Shown here one piece after another: positions 14,769 to 24,238 of a DNA stretch of 32,000 nt (position 1 is the first letter of the stretch; each line of letters starts with the position of its first letter). The notes under the pieces were generated by a model. That model was not told the origin of the DNA. It did not search any database and worked only from the letters and a program-made list of their open reading frames with translations. The DNA comes from an uncultured Muribaculaceae bacterium. GTDB taxonomy: Bacteria > Pseudomonadota > Alphaproteobacteria > Rs-D84. A program made the translations under genes and the position numbers. The DNA is taken from NCBI GenBank assembly GCA_965231035.1, contig OZ246409.1:151101-183100 (forward strand). The letters run 5' to 3'.

Positions 14769-15437
14769 ATGGTTATGGAAAGAACAATTCTTATCATTGA
14801 CGACGATACAATTTTGCGCAATACACTTGTCAAAGGGTTGCGCGCTGCTGGCTTTAATACACTCAGTGCGGAATCCGCAGAACAGGGCGCAGAAGTACTT
14901 AAAAAGCTGAAAGCGGACGCGATTATATTGGACAGGATGATGACCGGTATTGATGGTTTGTCTTTTTTGAAAGATTTGCGTACACACGGGAACAATACAC
15001 CTGTAATAATGCTTACCGCACTTTCAGGTCCAGAAAATGCAATTGATGGGTTGTCAGGTGGTGCAGATGACTATTTGGCAAAACCTTTCCAGCTTCAAGA
15101 ACTTATCTTGCGCCTTAATAACATAATTAAAAACGCAGCCACCAGTGACAGCAGTTTGCCTGATGGAATGCTTTTTATAGATAAAGAATTCTTTGTAAAA
15201 GACCTAAAAAACAACAATCAGCCAAGGTTATTGGCATTGTCTGGTGAAGAAAAAAGACTGTTAGAACAACTGGTTACCCCGGTCGGCAATACCGCAGCAG
15301 CAGCACCAATGGTTGCAAAACGCTTGCGGAATAAATTAAATAGTGTATTATCAAACGTAGACATAATAACAATCAGGGGAATGGGTTATAAATTAGTTAA
15401 AACTATTGTCCCCGTAAATAAAGGAGAGATATCATGA
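14769..15437 (+). CDS. OmpR-family response regulator
   Basis: Receiver motifs DDD (aa 11-13), IILD55RMM, T83, YLAKPF. The C-terminal end of a winged helix is RLRNKL...TIRGMGYKL. The start could also be the ATG at 14775. Confidence 0.85.
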   Translation: MVMERTILIIDDDTILRNTLVKGLRAAGFNTLSAESAEQGAEVLKKLKADAIILDRMMTGIDGLSFLKDLRTHGNNTPVIMLTALSGPENAIDGLSGGADDYLAKPFQLQELILRLNNIIKNAATSDSSLPDGMLFIDKEFFVKDLKNNNQPRLLALSGEEKRLLEQLVTPVGNTAAAAPMVAKRLRNKLNSVLSNVDIITIRGMGYKLVKTIVPVNKGEIS

Positions 15438-16714
15438 GATTGATACCTCGCGGTTTTTTGTGGAGAACTGTTTTAATGGTTCTGGTGCCATTGGTAATTG
15501 CCCAGGTTATTGTGGCAAATGCCTTCTTTGGTAACCACTGGACACGTGTTCATGCAACTATGGCTCGCAGCTTGTCTGGCGAAATCGCAACTATGGTTAA
15601 TTTGATGGATGCTGGTGAGATGCGTGCTGTGACAACTATGGGTCGCGATACAGGAATTAATTTTTCAGTTAATGAAAAACTGAACCGCCCTGAAAGTAAT
15701 GATAACAATGCACGTGAAACAGGTATGTTGGCTTCGGAACTTTCTTCTAAGCTGAAACGTCCTGCTACAATTTATATGGATAAAGAAAAGCGTTTGGTAT
15801 TCGTTGATGTTCCAACCAAAGATAATCAAACAGCAACTTTTGCAACATCTCTGTACAGAATTTATTCAACCAGCACCGAAGTTTTTATCCTTTGGTTGAT
15901 AGGTTCAATATTAATCGTTGGCGTTTTAATTACACCATTCATAATAATTCACACTCGCAGCATTCGCAGAATTGCACAAGCTGCCAACCGATTTGGTCGG
16001 GGATTGGATGCGCCTGGGTTTGTCCCAAGTGGTTCCAAAGAAATCCGCGAAGCGGCTGTTGCTATGATTAAAATGAAAGAACGCTTAAACAGATACAATC
16101 GCACCAGAACTGATATGTTGAATGCTGTCAGCCATGATTTAAAAGCTCCATTGGCCAGAATGCGTTTAAGTATTGAAACAGGCGATGTAGCCAAAGAAGA
16201 TTTGTTGCGTGATATTGATCGTATGGCAGAAATGATAAATGGATATCTGGCTTTTGCACGTGGTGAAATGCCTGAAATTGAACAAACAACTGAATTACCT
16301 GCAATGCTCATCAGAATTACGCGTGATGCGGCTGGCGACAAAAAAATAATTACTGATTTTCCAGACAGCCCGGTTATGTTCTATGCGCGTCCGATGGCTT
16401 TGGCACGTGCTTTCAGCAACATAATTGAAAACGCTGCACGCTATGCAAAAAAGAAAATTAAGATATCCGAAAAAGATTCCGTTGACCAAGTCGAAATAAC
16501 AATTGAAGATGATGGCCCTGGAATTCCAGACAAGAAAAAAGCCGAAGCACTAAGACCATTTGTCAGATTGGATGATGCCAGAAGTGAAAAAACTGGTGGC
16601 ACAGGTCTGGGATTGTCGATTGCACAAACAGCATTTGAAAATCATGGTGGTCAAATGTTTTTGGAAGACAGCGAATTAGGCGGATTAAAAGTCAGAATAG
16701 TTTTGCCAATCTAA
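15434..16714 (+). CDS. EnvZ-like sensor histidine kinase
   Basis: Two TM segments flank a periplasmic region of about 120 aa. There is a HAMP-like linker, H-box MLNAVSHDLKAPLARM, N-box NIIENAARYA, and G-boxes DDGPGI and GGTGLGLSIA. An ATGA overlap links it to the regulator gene. Confidence 0.88.
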   Translation: MRLIPRGFLWRTVLMVLVPLVIAQVIVANAFFGNHWTRVHATMARSLSGEIATMVNLMDAGEMRAVTTMGRDTGINFSVNEKLNRPESNDNNARETGMLASELSSKLKRPATIYMDKEKRLVFVDVPTKDNQTATFATSLYRIYSTSTEVFILWLIGSILIVGVLITPFIIIHTRSIRRIAQAANRFGRGLDAPGFVPSGSKEIREAAVAMIKMKERLNRYNRTRTDMLNAVSHDLKAPLARMRLSIETGDVAKEDLLRDIDRMAEMINGYLAFARGEMPEIEQTTELPAMLIRITRDAAGDKKIITDFPDSPVMFYARPMALARAFSNIIENAARYAKKKIKISEKDSVDQVEITIEDDGPGIPDKKKAEALRPFVRLDDARSEKTGGTGLGLSIAQTAFENHGGQMFLEDSELGGLKVRIVLPI

Positions 16715-16734
16715 AAAATTTAGGATTTTCAAAT

Positions 16735-18447
16735 ATGAACCTTTATAAATTTGTTTCCCAGGAAATAAATAAAAAGTTGGGATTTACAGCAAACTTGGAA
16801 GTCCCCAAAAATCGTGACTTTGGTGATTTTTCAACCAATGCTGCTATGATTATGGCAAAATCTGCAGGTAAAAATCCACGTGAATTGGCTGGCGAAATTT
16901 TGCCAAAATTGGAAAAATTGAAATTTGTTGAATCTGCTTCTGTTGCTGGTCCTGGGTTTATAAACATAAAATTGCACAATGATTTTATTTGGCAGTCTGC
17001 AAATAAAAAATCAAAAACCAAAAATCCAAATCCAGAAATCATAGATATGGACTATGGTGCTTACAATGTGGCCAAGTCTTTGCACATCGGGCATCTTCGT
17101 ACATCTATTGTTGGCGATACGCTAAACAGAATTGCAAAATTTTTAGGACATAAAACAATTTCCTATAACCACATCGGCGACTGGGGCAGGTCAATGGGGT
17201 TTGTTATTGCTTGGATAAAAAGAATTCATCCAGATTGGCCGTTTTTTCAGGATAAATTTGACTCAAAAGCAGATTTTTCAAAATATAAAATGTCTGTAAA
17301 AGAATTGGATACGTATTATCCGGCTGCAGCCGAGCTTGCAAAAAATGATGAAGAATTTATGGAGCAAGCCAGATTAATTACAGCCGAACTTCAAAAGGGT
17401 CACGCCGGTTATAATGCACTTTATAATGTTTTTATGCCAATATCTATGTCAGCAATGGAAAATGTAATTAAGAAAATTAACATTATGCCATTTGATAATA
17501 ACCTTGGTGAAAAAAATGCCGCAAAATACACGGAACAAATAGAAAAAATACTGCGTGATAAAAAGCTGTTACAAAAAAGTGAAGGTGCGGAAATTATAGT
17601 TGTAAAAAAAGACTCTGATACTGCACCAATGCCACCTGTGTTGTTCTATAATTCACGCGGGGCTGTTCCTTACGATGCTACAGATATTATGGCACTTTAT
17701 TATCGTAAGATTACCGATAACCCAAACAAAATTATTTATATAACAGATATACGCCAACACCTTCATTTTGAGCAATTATTTCGTGTTGCCGAGCTGACAC
17801 AAATGTTTCCAATAGAAAATTTGGAACACCTTGGATATGGAACAATAAATGGTCCAGACGGCAAACCTTTTAAAACACGCGATGGTACCGCTGCTGGATT
17901 GCTGGATGTTATCGAAATGGTAAATGACGCTGTGCAGAATCGTGTAAAAGAAGCTGGTAAAAATTTGGACAACGAAACCATTGAATCGATTGCTTTGGCT
18001 GCTTTGAAATTTAATGATTTGATGCACGATGTAAAGTCAGATTATACTTTTGACCCAGCAACGATAACAAGCTTCGAAGGCAGAACAGGCCCATACATTT
18101 TATATACAGCCGTCAGATTAAAAAGCATTCTGAATAAAGCAAATCATCAGAATTCTGAAATTGTAAATAAAAAGCTGGAATCTGATGAAAGAAATCTTTT
18201 GATTGGAATTCTGGATTTTGAACGCACAGTACAAAGTGCTTTTGATAATCGTGCACCTGACATTTTGGCAAATTATACATATGATTTATGTCAATTAATA
18301 AATACTTTTTATCACAACTGCCCAATTTTACACGAAAGCGTTGATGAACAGACCAGGGCGCAAAGATTGCAAATTACACAAATCGCACTGGGGACATTAT
18401 CGCAGGCAATTGATTTGATGGGTCTTAAAATTCCAAATGAAATGTAG
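16735..18447 (+). CDS. argS: Arginine--tRNA ligase
   Basis: 570 aa. N-terminal ArgRS domain motif (VPKNRDFGDFSTNAAMIMAK), class I HIGH motif (SLHIGHLRTSIVGD), and a C-terminal anticodon-binding DALR-type region. Confidence 0.9.
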   Translation: MNLYKFVSQEINKKLGFTANLEVPKNRDFGDFSTNAAMIMAKSAGKNPRELAGEILPKLEKLKFVESASVAGPGFINIKLHNDFIWQSANKKSKTKNPNPEIIDMDYGAYNVAKSLHIGHLRTSIVGDTLNRIAKFLGHKTISYNHIGDWGRSMGFVIAWIKRIHPDWPFFQDKFDSKADFSKYKMSVKELDTYYPAAAELAKNDEEFMEQARLITAELQKGHAGYNALYNVFMPISMSAMENVIKKINIMPFDNNLGEKNAAKYTEQIEKILRDKKLLQKSEGAEIIVVKKDSDTAPMPPVLFYNSRGAVPYDATDIMALYYRKITDNPNKIIYITDIRQHLHFEQLFRVAELTQMFPIENLEHLGYGTINGPDGKPFKTRDGTAAGLLDVIEMVNDAVQNRVKEAGKNLDNETIESIALAALKFNDLMHDVKSDYTFDPATITSFEGRTGPYILYTAVRLKSILNKANHQNSEIVNKKLESDERNLLIGILDFERTVQSAFDNRAPDILANYTYDLCQLINTFYHNCPILHESVDEQTRAQRLQITQIALGTLSQAIDLMGLKIPNEM

Positions 18448-18474
18448 GGTATTATAATACCGTATTGATTTTTC

Positions 18475-18503
18475 TTGACTTTTCCGGCATTACAAAGCAT
18501 AAT
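18475..18503 (+). promoter_or_regulatory. Candidate promoter of rplM-rpsI
   Basis: TTGACT (18475-18480), a 17-nt spacer, then CATAAT (18498-18503). Confidence 0.45.
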
Positions 18504-18536
18504 AACTCGGCTTTAATTAAATAAAGGAAAAACATA

Positions 18537-19010
18537 ATGGCAACGACAAAATCGTTAAAGGCTAGCGAATTGGAATCTAAATGGATTCTGATTGATGCGA
18601 CCAATTGCACATTGGGACGTTTGGCTGCTTATGCTGCAAATATCCTGCGTGGCAAACACAAACCAACATGGACACCAAATATGGATTGCGGTGATCATGT
18701 AATTATTATTAATGCTGACAAAGTTGCTTTGTCAGGAACAAAATCAGACAAAACAAAATTCTTTTGGCATTCGGATTGGACCGGCAGTATCAAAGAACGC
18801 ACACTGGGTCAAATGCGCGCAGAAAAACCTGAAAAATTGGTTTTTAATGCTGTTAAACGTATGATGGGCCGCCGCACTGCAGTTGCTTTGGCTGATAAAC
18901 GTCTGACAAAATTGCATGTTTATGCAGGCGCAGAACACAAACACGAAGCACAAAAACCAACAGTTGTTGATTTTGCTGGTATGAATCGTAAAAATAAAAG
19001 GGGCGAATAA
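18537..19010 (+). CDS. rplM: 50S ribosomal protein L13
   Basis: [48 protein letters not shown] is the canonical L13 N-terminus. Confidence 0.95.
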   Translation: MATTKSLKASELESKWILIDATNCTLGRLAAYAANILRGKHKPTWTPNMDCGDHVIIINADKVALSGTKSDKTKFFWHSDWTGSIKERTLGQMRAEKPEKLVFNAVKRMMGRRTAVALADKRLTKLHVYAGAEHKHEAQKPTVVDFAGMNRKNKRGE

Positions 19011-19525
19011 TGACAGAAACAAAAAAAGCAACAACTGCTGCTAAAACAGTTAAGAAAGCTGCCCCAGCTAAAAAACCTGCTGTTGCTAAGGCTCCTGCTG
19101 CCGCAAAAAAAGTTTCAGCAAGCCAAACAATAAAATTGGCAAACGCTATTTACGCAACTGGAAAACGTAAAGATTCTATCGCTCGCGTTTACTTGGTACC
19201 AGGCAAGGGCAACATCGTTGTTAACAATCTGCCTATGGCTGAATACTTTAAACGTGCAGTTTTGCAAATGATTTTAAACCAACCTTTTGGTGTCACAAAA
19301 CGCGAAACCAGCTATGACGTTCGCGCAATTGTAAGTGGCGGTGGATTGTCTGGTCAGGCCGGCGCTGTAAAGCACGGTATTTCTAAAGCTTTGGAAACTG
19401 CTGAACCAGAATTACACAATGCTTTAAAGGTTGCTGGATTCTTGACACGCGACAGCCGTGTTGTTGAACGTAAACACTATGGTCGCCGCAAGGCACGTCG
19501 CTCGACTCAGTTCAGCAAACGTTAA
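19010..19525 (+). CDS. rpsI: 30S ribosomal protein S9, with a Lys/Ala/Pro-rich N-terminal extension
   Basis: Core motifs [25 protein letters not shown] and C-terminal [25 protein letters not shown] overlap links it to rplM. Confidence 0.95.
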   Translation: MTETKKATTAAKTVKKAAPAKKPAVAKAPAAAKKVSASQTIKLANAIYATGKRKDSIARVYLVPGKGNIVVNNLPMAEYFKRAVLQMILNQPFGVTKRETSYDVRAIVSGGGLSGQAGAVKHGISKALETAEPELHNALKVAGFLTRDSRVVERKHYGRRKARRSTQFSKR

Positions 19526-19530
19526 TCACC

Positions 19531-19570
19531 TGTGGTTTGTATTTATCTGCAAAGGTGGATACAAACCGCA
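19531..19570 (+). other. Intergenic stem-loop between rpsI and tig, with no U-tract
   Basis: 12-bp stem tgtggtttgtat (19531-19542) / atacaaaccgca (19559-19570) with one G-U pair and a 16-nt loop, followed by caaaaacc. Confidence 0.4.
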
Positions 19571-19591
19571 CAAAAACCAAAGGTGTTTGTT

Positions 19592-20893
19592 ATGTTTAAA
19601 AAAGAAAAAAACAAAGATTTGCATTATTCTATCAATGGTTTTTTATCTGCTGCTGATATTCAAAAGGCTGCTGATGAAATCTTGTTGGAATATGGCAAAG
19701 ATGCAAAAATGCCAGGCTTTCGCCCTGGACATGTTCCATTGAACGTTTTGCGTCAAAAATACAATGCAACTGCATTTGGCGAAGCAATCGATAAAATGAT
19801 GAACAAAGATCTGAATAATTTTGTTACTGAAAAGAAATTGCGTTTGGCTGGCAGTCCAAAGGCTGATGTTGCAAAATGGGAAATTGGTCAGGATTTGGAA
19901 TACACTTTGGAATTTGATATTTTGCCAACATTGCCAGGCATTGATTTGGAAAAATATACTTTGACCAAAAAGGTTGCAACTGTTCCTGAATCCGAAGTTA
20001 AAAAATCTTTGGAAAATTTACAAAAAAGCCGCAGTGTTGCAGAAAAACAAGAAGCAGGGTATAAAGCCGTAAATGGCGACGTAGCTATTATTGATTTTAC
20101 TGGATTCTTGGGCAAAGAAGCATTCGAAGGCGGGGCAGCCAAAAAACATAATTTGATTTTGGGATCTGGTTCTTTTATTCCAGGTTTCGAAGACCAAATT
20201 ATTGGTCACAAGGTTGGCGACAAATTTGATGTTAATGTAAAATTCCCAAAAGAATATCATGCTGAAAACTTGGCTGGCAAAGATGCCAAATTTGAAGTTG
20301 AAATTCATGAATTACGTCATCACAAATTAGCAGAAATGAATGATGAACTGGCAAAGTCAGTTGGTCAAGAATCTGTCGCAGCATTGACTGAACATATTCG
20401 CAAGATTCTGAACGAACAATATGAAGAAGCTTCGAAACATGAAATGCGTGATGAATTGTTAGAATTATTGGCTGACAAAGTTAAACTAGATTTACCAGAA
20501 ACATTGGTTGACCAAGAATTCAATATGGCAAAATCTGAATTTGATTCTCATGCTGGTCATGAACATGCAAAAGATGCCAAATTTGACGAAAAGAAAGAAC
20601 GCAAAGACGCAGAACGTCGCGTTAAACTTGGTCTGATTTTGGCAGAATGGGGAACCGCAAACAAAGTTGAAGTTACTCGTGAAGACTTGCAAAAGGCAAT
20701 CTGGGAAGAGGCATCTCGTTATCCAGATCCACAACAAGTATTCGAATTCTATAACAAGAATCAAAATGCTTTGTCTATGTTGCGCGGAATGTTGTTCGAA
20801 CGCAAAGCATTGGATGCTATGATTTCACAGGTTAAAACCAAAGATAAAACGGTTAAACCCGAAGAATTGTTCAAACAAGCAGAACCAAAATAA
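19592..20893 (+). CDS. tig: Trigger factor
   Basis: MPGFRPGHVPLNVLRQKY is the ribosome-binding signature region, followed by an FKBP-type PPIase segment (VAIIDFTGFLGKEAFEGG...FIPGFEDQIIGHKVGD). I prefer the ATG at 19592, which has AAAGGTG upstream, to the track's GTG at 19532. Confidence 0.92.
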   Translation: MFKKEKNKDLHYSINGFLSAADIQKAADEILLEYGKDAKMPGFRPGHVPLNVLRQKYNATAFGEAIDKMMNKDLNNFVTEKKLRLAGSPKADVAKWEIGQDLEYTLEFDILPTLPGIDLEKYTLTKKVATVPESEVKKSLENLQKSRSVAEKQEAGYKAVNGDVAIIDFTGFLGKEAFEGGAAKKHNLILGSGSFIPGFEDQIIGHKVGDKFDVNVKFPKEYHAENLAGKDAKFEVEIHELRHHKLAEMNDELAKSVGQESVAALTEHIRKILNEQYEEASKHEMRDELLELLADKVKLDLPETLVDQEFNMAKSEFDSHAGHEHAKDAKFDEKKERKDAERRVKLGLILAEWGTANKVEVTREDLQKAIWEEASRYPDPQQVFEFYNKNQNALSMLRGMLFERKALDAMISQVKTKDKTVKPEELFKQAEPK

Positions 20894-20897
20894 TAAA

Positions 20898-20922
20898 ATC
20901 CGCCAAATTGGCGGATTTTTCT
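20898..20922 (+). terminator. Intrinsic terminator after tig
   Basis: Stem atccgcc (20898-20904), loop aaatt, stem ggcggat (20910-20916), then a T-run. Confidence 0.8.
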
Positions 20923-20950
20923 TGCATTATTGATTTTTTTGCCTTATAAT
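20922..20950 (+). promoter_or_regulatory. Near-consensus promoter of rpsA
   Basis: TTGCAT (20922-20927), a 17-nt spacer, then TATAAT (20945-20950). This leaves a leader of about 85-90 nt before the ATG at 21043. Confidence 0.55.
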
Positions 20951-21042
20951 CCGTGGGCTTTTGCGGGTGGGCGCACTGGCAATCAGAATAACCCCACAAG
21001 ACCGCGTATCATACGTTGGCAAACTTTGTATGAAAAATTTCT

Positions 21043-22731
21043 ATGAAAGATTTATCCAAAGAATTATTTAATCCGATATCTGGCGAAGATTTTATCCAGA
21101 TGTTTAATCAAAATTATGGCAACCAAGAAACTTTGCAGGGCTATGCAACCAAGGGAACAGTCAAAGACATTCGCGGCGATTTCGCGCTGGTTGATGTTGG
21201 TCTGAAATCCGAAGGTCGCGTTTCATTGCGTGAATTTGGTGCTTCTGTTCCAAAAGTTGGCGATATTATCGACGTGTTTGTTGAACGCTATGAATCTCGC
21301 GAAGGTACTGCTGTTCTTTCTTATTCCAAGGCTCGTGCTGAAAAAGCATGGAAAGATTTGGAAAAAGCAGTTGCCGAAGGTGTTGATCCAGAAGGTACAA
21401 TTATTGATGTTGTTCGTGGTGGATTCACTGTTGACATCAATGGCGTGTTTGCATTTATGCCATCATCACAAGTTGATAACAAACCTATACGTGATGCAAA
21501 ATCATTAATCGGTCTGAAAGACAAATTCCGCGTTTTGAAAATGGACGCTTTGCGCACAAACGCAATCGTGTCACGTCGCGCAATTCAATCTGATTCTATT
21601 GCTGCCGCACAAAAAGAAGCCATGAAAAATATTGGCCTGGGTGCAATTATCGAAGGAACAGTAAAGAACATCACAGATTACGGTGTATTTGTTGATCTGG
21701 GTGGAATTGACGGTTTGTTGCACGTTACAGATCTTTCTTGGAAACGTGTAAATCATCCTCGTGAATTGGTTCATGTTGGCCAAAAAATCAAAGTCAAAGT
21801 TATCCAGTTTGATCCTGAATCTCATCGTATTTCATTGGGTGCAAAACAATTGGAAGAAGATCCTTGGGATAAAGCATCTCGTGCTTTCAATGTTGGCGAT
21901 ACATTAACTGGCAAAGTTTCTTCTTTAACAGATTATGGTGCATTCGTTGATTTGGGCAACAATATTGAAGGACTGGTTCATATGTCCGAATTGTCTTGGA
22001 CAAACAAAAACGTACATCCAAGCAAAGTTTTGCAAAACGGCCAAGAAATAACTGTTATTGTTTTGGGTATTGACCAAGACAAACGTCGTATTTCTTTGGG
22101 ATACAAGCAATTGCAATCCAATCCTTGGAAACACTTCGCAGAAACACACAAAGTTGGCGATGTTGTAACCGGACCAATCAAGAACACAACTGAATTCGGT
22201 TTGTTCGTTGCATTGACACCTGAATTGGACGGAATGGTTCACATATCTGATTTGTCTTGGGATAAATTAGACGAGGAAGAACTGAAGAAGTTCACCAAGG
22301 GTCAAGAAGTTACAGCAAAAATCTTGGACATCAATCCAGAAAAAGAACGTATTACTTTGGGCATTAAACAAATGACCGAAGGCAGCGACAATAAAACAGT
22401 ATCTATTAAAAAAGGCGCTGTTGTACGTGGAACAGTTTCCGAAGTTACAGATGAAGAACTGATCTTGGATTTGCCAGGCAATGCAAAGGGTGTTATCCGT
22501 CGTACAGATTTGTCCCGTGAAAAGAATGAACAAGATACAAACAAATATAAAGTTGGCGATGCAATCGAAGCATCTGTTGTATCTGTTGAAAACAACACGG
22601 TTAAATTGTCTGTCCGTGCACTGCAAGTTGCAATGGAAAAACAAGCCGTTAAAGATTATGCAAACCAAGCAGATAGTGGCTCAGTCCTGGGCGACATCTT
22701 GGGTGCTGCAATCGAAAACAGCAAAAAATAA
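21043..22731 (+). CDS. rpsA: 30S ribosomal protein S1
   Basis: 562 aa with six S1-domain repeats (for example G.V..I.DYGVFVDLGG.DGLLH.....W). Confidence 0.95.
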   Translation: MKDLSKELFNPISGEDFIQMFNQNYGNQETLQGYATKGTVKDIRGDFALVDVGLKSEGRVSLREFGASVPKVGDIIDVFVERYESREGTAVLSYSKARAEKAWKDLEKAVAEGVDPEGTIIDVVRGGFTVDINGVFAFMPSSQVDNKPIRDAKSLIGLKDKFRVLKMDALRTNAIVSRRAIQSDSIAAAQKEAMKNIGLGAIIEGTVKNITDYGVFVDLGGIDGLLHVTDLSWKRVNHPRELVHVGQKIKVKVIQFDPESHRISLGAKQLEEDPWDKASRAFNVGDTLTGKVSSLTDYGAFVDLGNNIEGLVHMSELSWTNKNVHPSKVLQNGQEITVIVLGIDQDKRRISLGYKQLQSNPWKHFAETHKVGDVVTGPIKNTTEFGLFVALTPELDGMVHISDLSWDKLDEEELKKFTKGQEVTAKILDINPEKERITLGIKQMTEGSDNKTVSIKKGAVVRGTVSEVTDEELILDLPGNAKGVIRRTDLSREKNEQDTNKYKVGDAIEASVVSVENNTVKLSVRALQVAMEKQAVKDYANQADSGSVLGDILGAAIENSKK

Positions 22732-22736
22732 ACAAA

Positions 22737-22758
22737 GGGGCATTTTGCCCCTTTATTT
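22737..22758 (+). terminator. Intrinsic terminator after rpsA
   Basis: Stem ggggca (22737-22742), loop ttt, stem tgcccc (22746-22751), followed by tttattt. Confidence 0.8.
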
Positions 22759-22784
22759 ATATTAACCAATCAAAAAAATCTGAC

Positions 22785-23333
22785 ATGAAAGAAATAATTG
22801 TTCTTATGGGTGGCCCAGGTAGCGGTAAGGGCACAGTCGCGGAAAAGATTTGTGATTATATCAAAGTTAATAAAATTGAAACTGGCGCTTTGTTCAGATC
22901 TTTGCCTGCAGATTCCGAGATATCAAAAATAATATCAACTGGTACATTGGTTCCAGACACTGAATTATTCAAGTTAATTGAATCCAAAATTTATAAAACC
23001 CAAGATATACTTCTTGATGGATTTCCCAGAACATTACCACAAGCAAAATGGCTGATTGAAAACTATTCCGATGACTTTTCTATAAAAATAATCTATTTGG
23101 ATATTCCAGAAGAAATTATGAAACAAAGAATAAAAAATCGCCTGAATAATGGGTCAACAAGATCTGATGATAACAATGATTCTGTAATATTAAAACGTTT
23201 GGATAATTTTCAAGAAATTACCATACCTGCTATAAATTGGTTGCACGAAAATGAAAAAATAAAGTTTTTTTATATTGATGCAACACCAGATAAAGAAAAC
23301 GTTATTAAACAAGTCTATAGAATATTAAATTAA
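22785..23333 (+). CDS. adk: Adenylate kinase family NMP kinase, short-LID type
   Basis: P-loop GGPGSGKGT, LLDGFPRTLPQAKWL, and a short LID segment NGSTRSDDNNDSVILKRL; 182 aa. Confidence 0.7.
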   Translation: MKEIIVLMGGPGSGKGTVAEKICDYIKVNKIETGALFRSLPADSEISKIISTGTLVPDTELFKLIESKIYKTQDILLDGFPRTLPQAKWLIENYSDDFSIKIIYLDIPEEIMKQRIKNRLNNGSTRSDDNNDSVILKRLDNFQEITIPAINWLHENEKIKFFYIDATPDKENVIKQVYRILN

Positions 23334-24214
23334 GATCTTTTTCTTTTTACAAAAGAATATAAACCATATCCACCCAACAGCATAACAATAAATATGAATA
23401 TTATCCATGCTGCTTGTACACTTTCAGCAAATGGCAGTTTTACATTCATTCCATAATATCCAACAACAATTGTTGGTGCGATTAAAATAATATTCCACAT
23501 AGTCAAACGATTAATGTAGGTATTTGAATCCATGTTAATCACACTTTCGAATGTTTCTTTGATGGATGCTAGCATTTTTGTGTAACTGGTAACAACTTCT
23601 ATTGCCTGGTGCAGTTCAATACGAACATCTTCGGATAATTCTTTATTATCTTCTTCTTTGATAAAGCCACGCATTTTTTCAAGCTTTTCCAAAACGGCTA
23701 AATTACCTTTTAAACCAGCCATATACAAAGTATAACTGTTTTCAACTTCCAGCAAAGCCATCAGCTCTTTTTTGCGAATTTTTTCTTGCAACACTTTCTT
23801 TGAATCGAAAACCTTTTTATTCAGTTGTTTCAGGAATTTCAAATAAGACTCAGCAATATAATACAATATATTTATAATAAAAATTTCCCGCGATGTTTTT
23901 TCTGACTTTTTTATTTTATCCAAAATATCACATCTTTTACGACAAACAGTTATAACACGTTTATCTGTATAAATAATAGATAACGGCTCGGTATGCCACA
24001 TTGTATCTGTTTCGCGATTAACAATAGGAAATCGAACAATTATAACCTTATAATCATCTTCATGCTCGACACGGGGTTGTTCATCAGGATCCAAAATATC
24101 GGATATTGTGTCTTCATCAATTTTATATTCTCTTTGAAGTTTTTCAAAATCTTCATGATCAGGATTACCAACATTAACCCAAGAGAAACTTTTTAACTTT
24201 TCTGTATCAAACAT
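23330..24214 (-). CDS. corA: CorA-family magnesium/cobalt transporter
   Basis: C-terminal signature YGMNV (VVGYYGMNVKLPF) between two TM helices; 294 aa. Confidence 0.85.
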   Translation of the reverse strand: MFDTEKLKSFSWVNVGNPDHEDFEKLQREYKIDEDTISDILDPDEQPRVEHEDDYKVIIVRFPIVNRETDTMWHTEPLSIIYTDKRVITVCRKRCDILDKIKKSEKTSREIFIINILYYIAESYLKFLKQLNKKVFDSKKVLQEKIRKKELMALLEVENSYTLYMAGLKGNLAVLEKLEKMRGFIKEEDNKELSEDVRIELHQAIEVVTSYTKMLASIKETFESVINMDSNTYINRLTMWNIILIAPTIVVGYYGMNVKLPFAESVQAAWIIFIFIVMLLGGYGLYSFVKRKRS

Positions 24215-24238
24215 TTTAAACCTTATAATATTTTATGA

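Noticed and set aside
18448-18461. Perfect 14-nt palindrome GGTATTATAATACC after argS, as a terminator
   Set aside because: It gives at best a 5-bp AT-rich stem with a 4-nt loop, and the following T-run is interrupted. That is too weak to call. It may simply overlap promoter-like TATAAT sequence.
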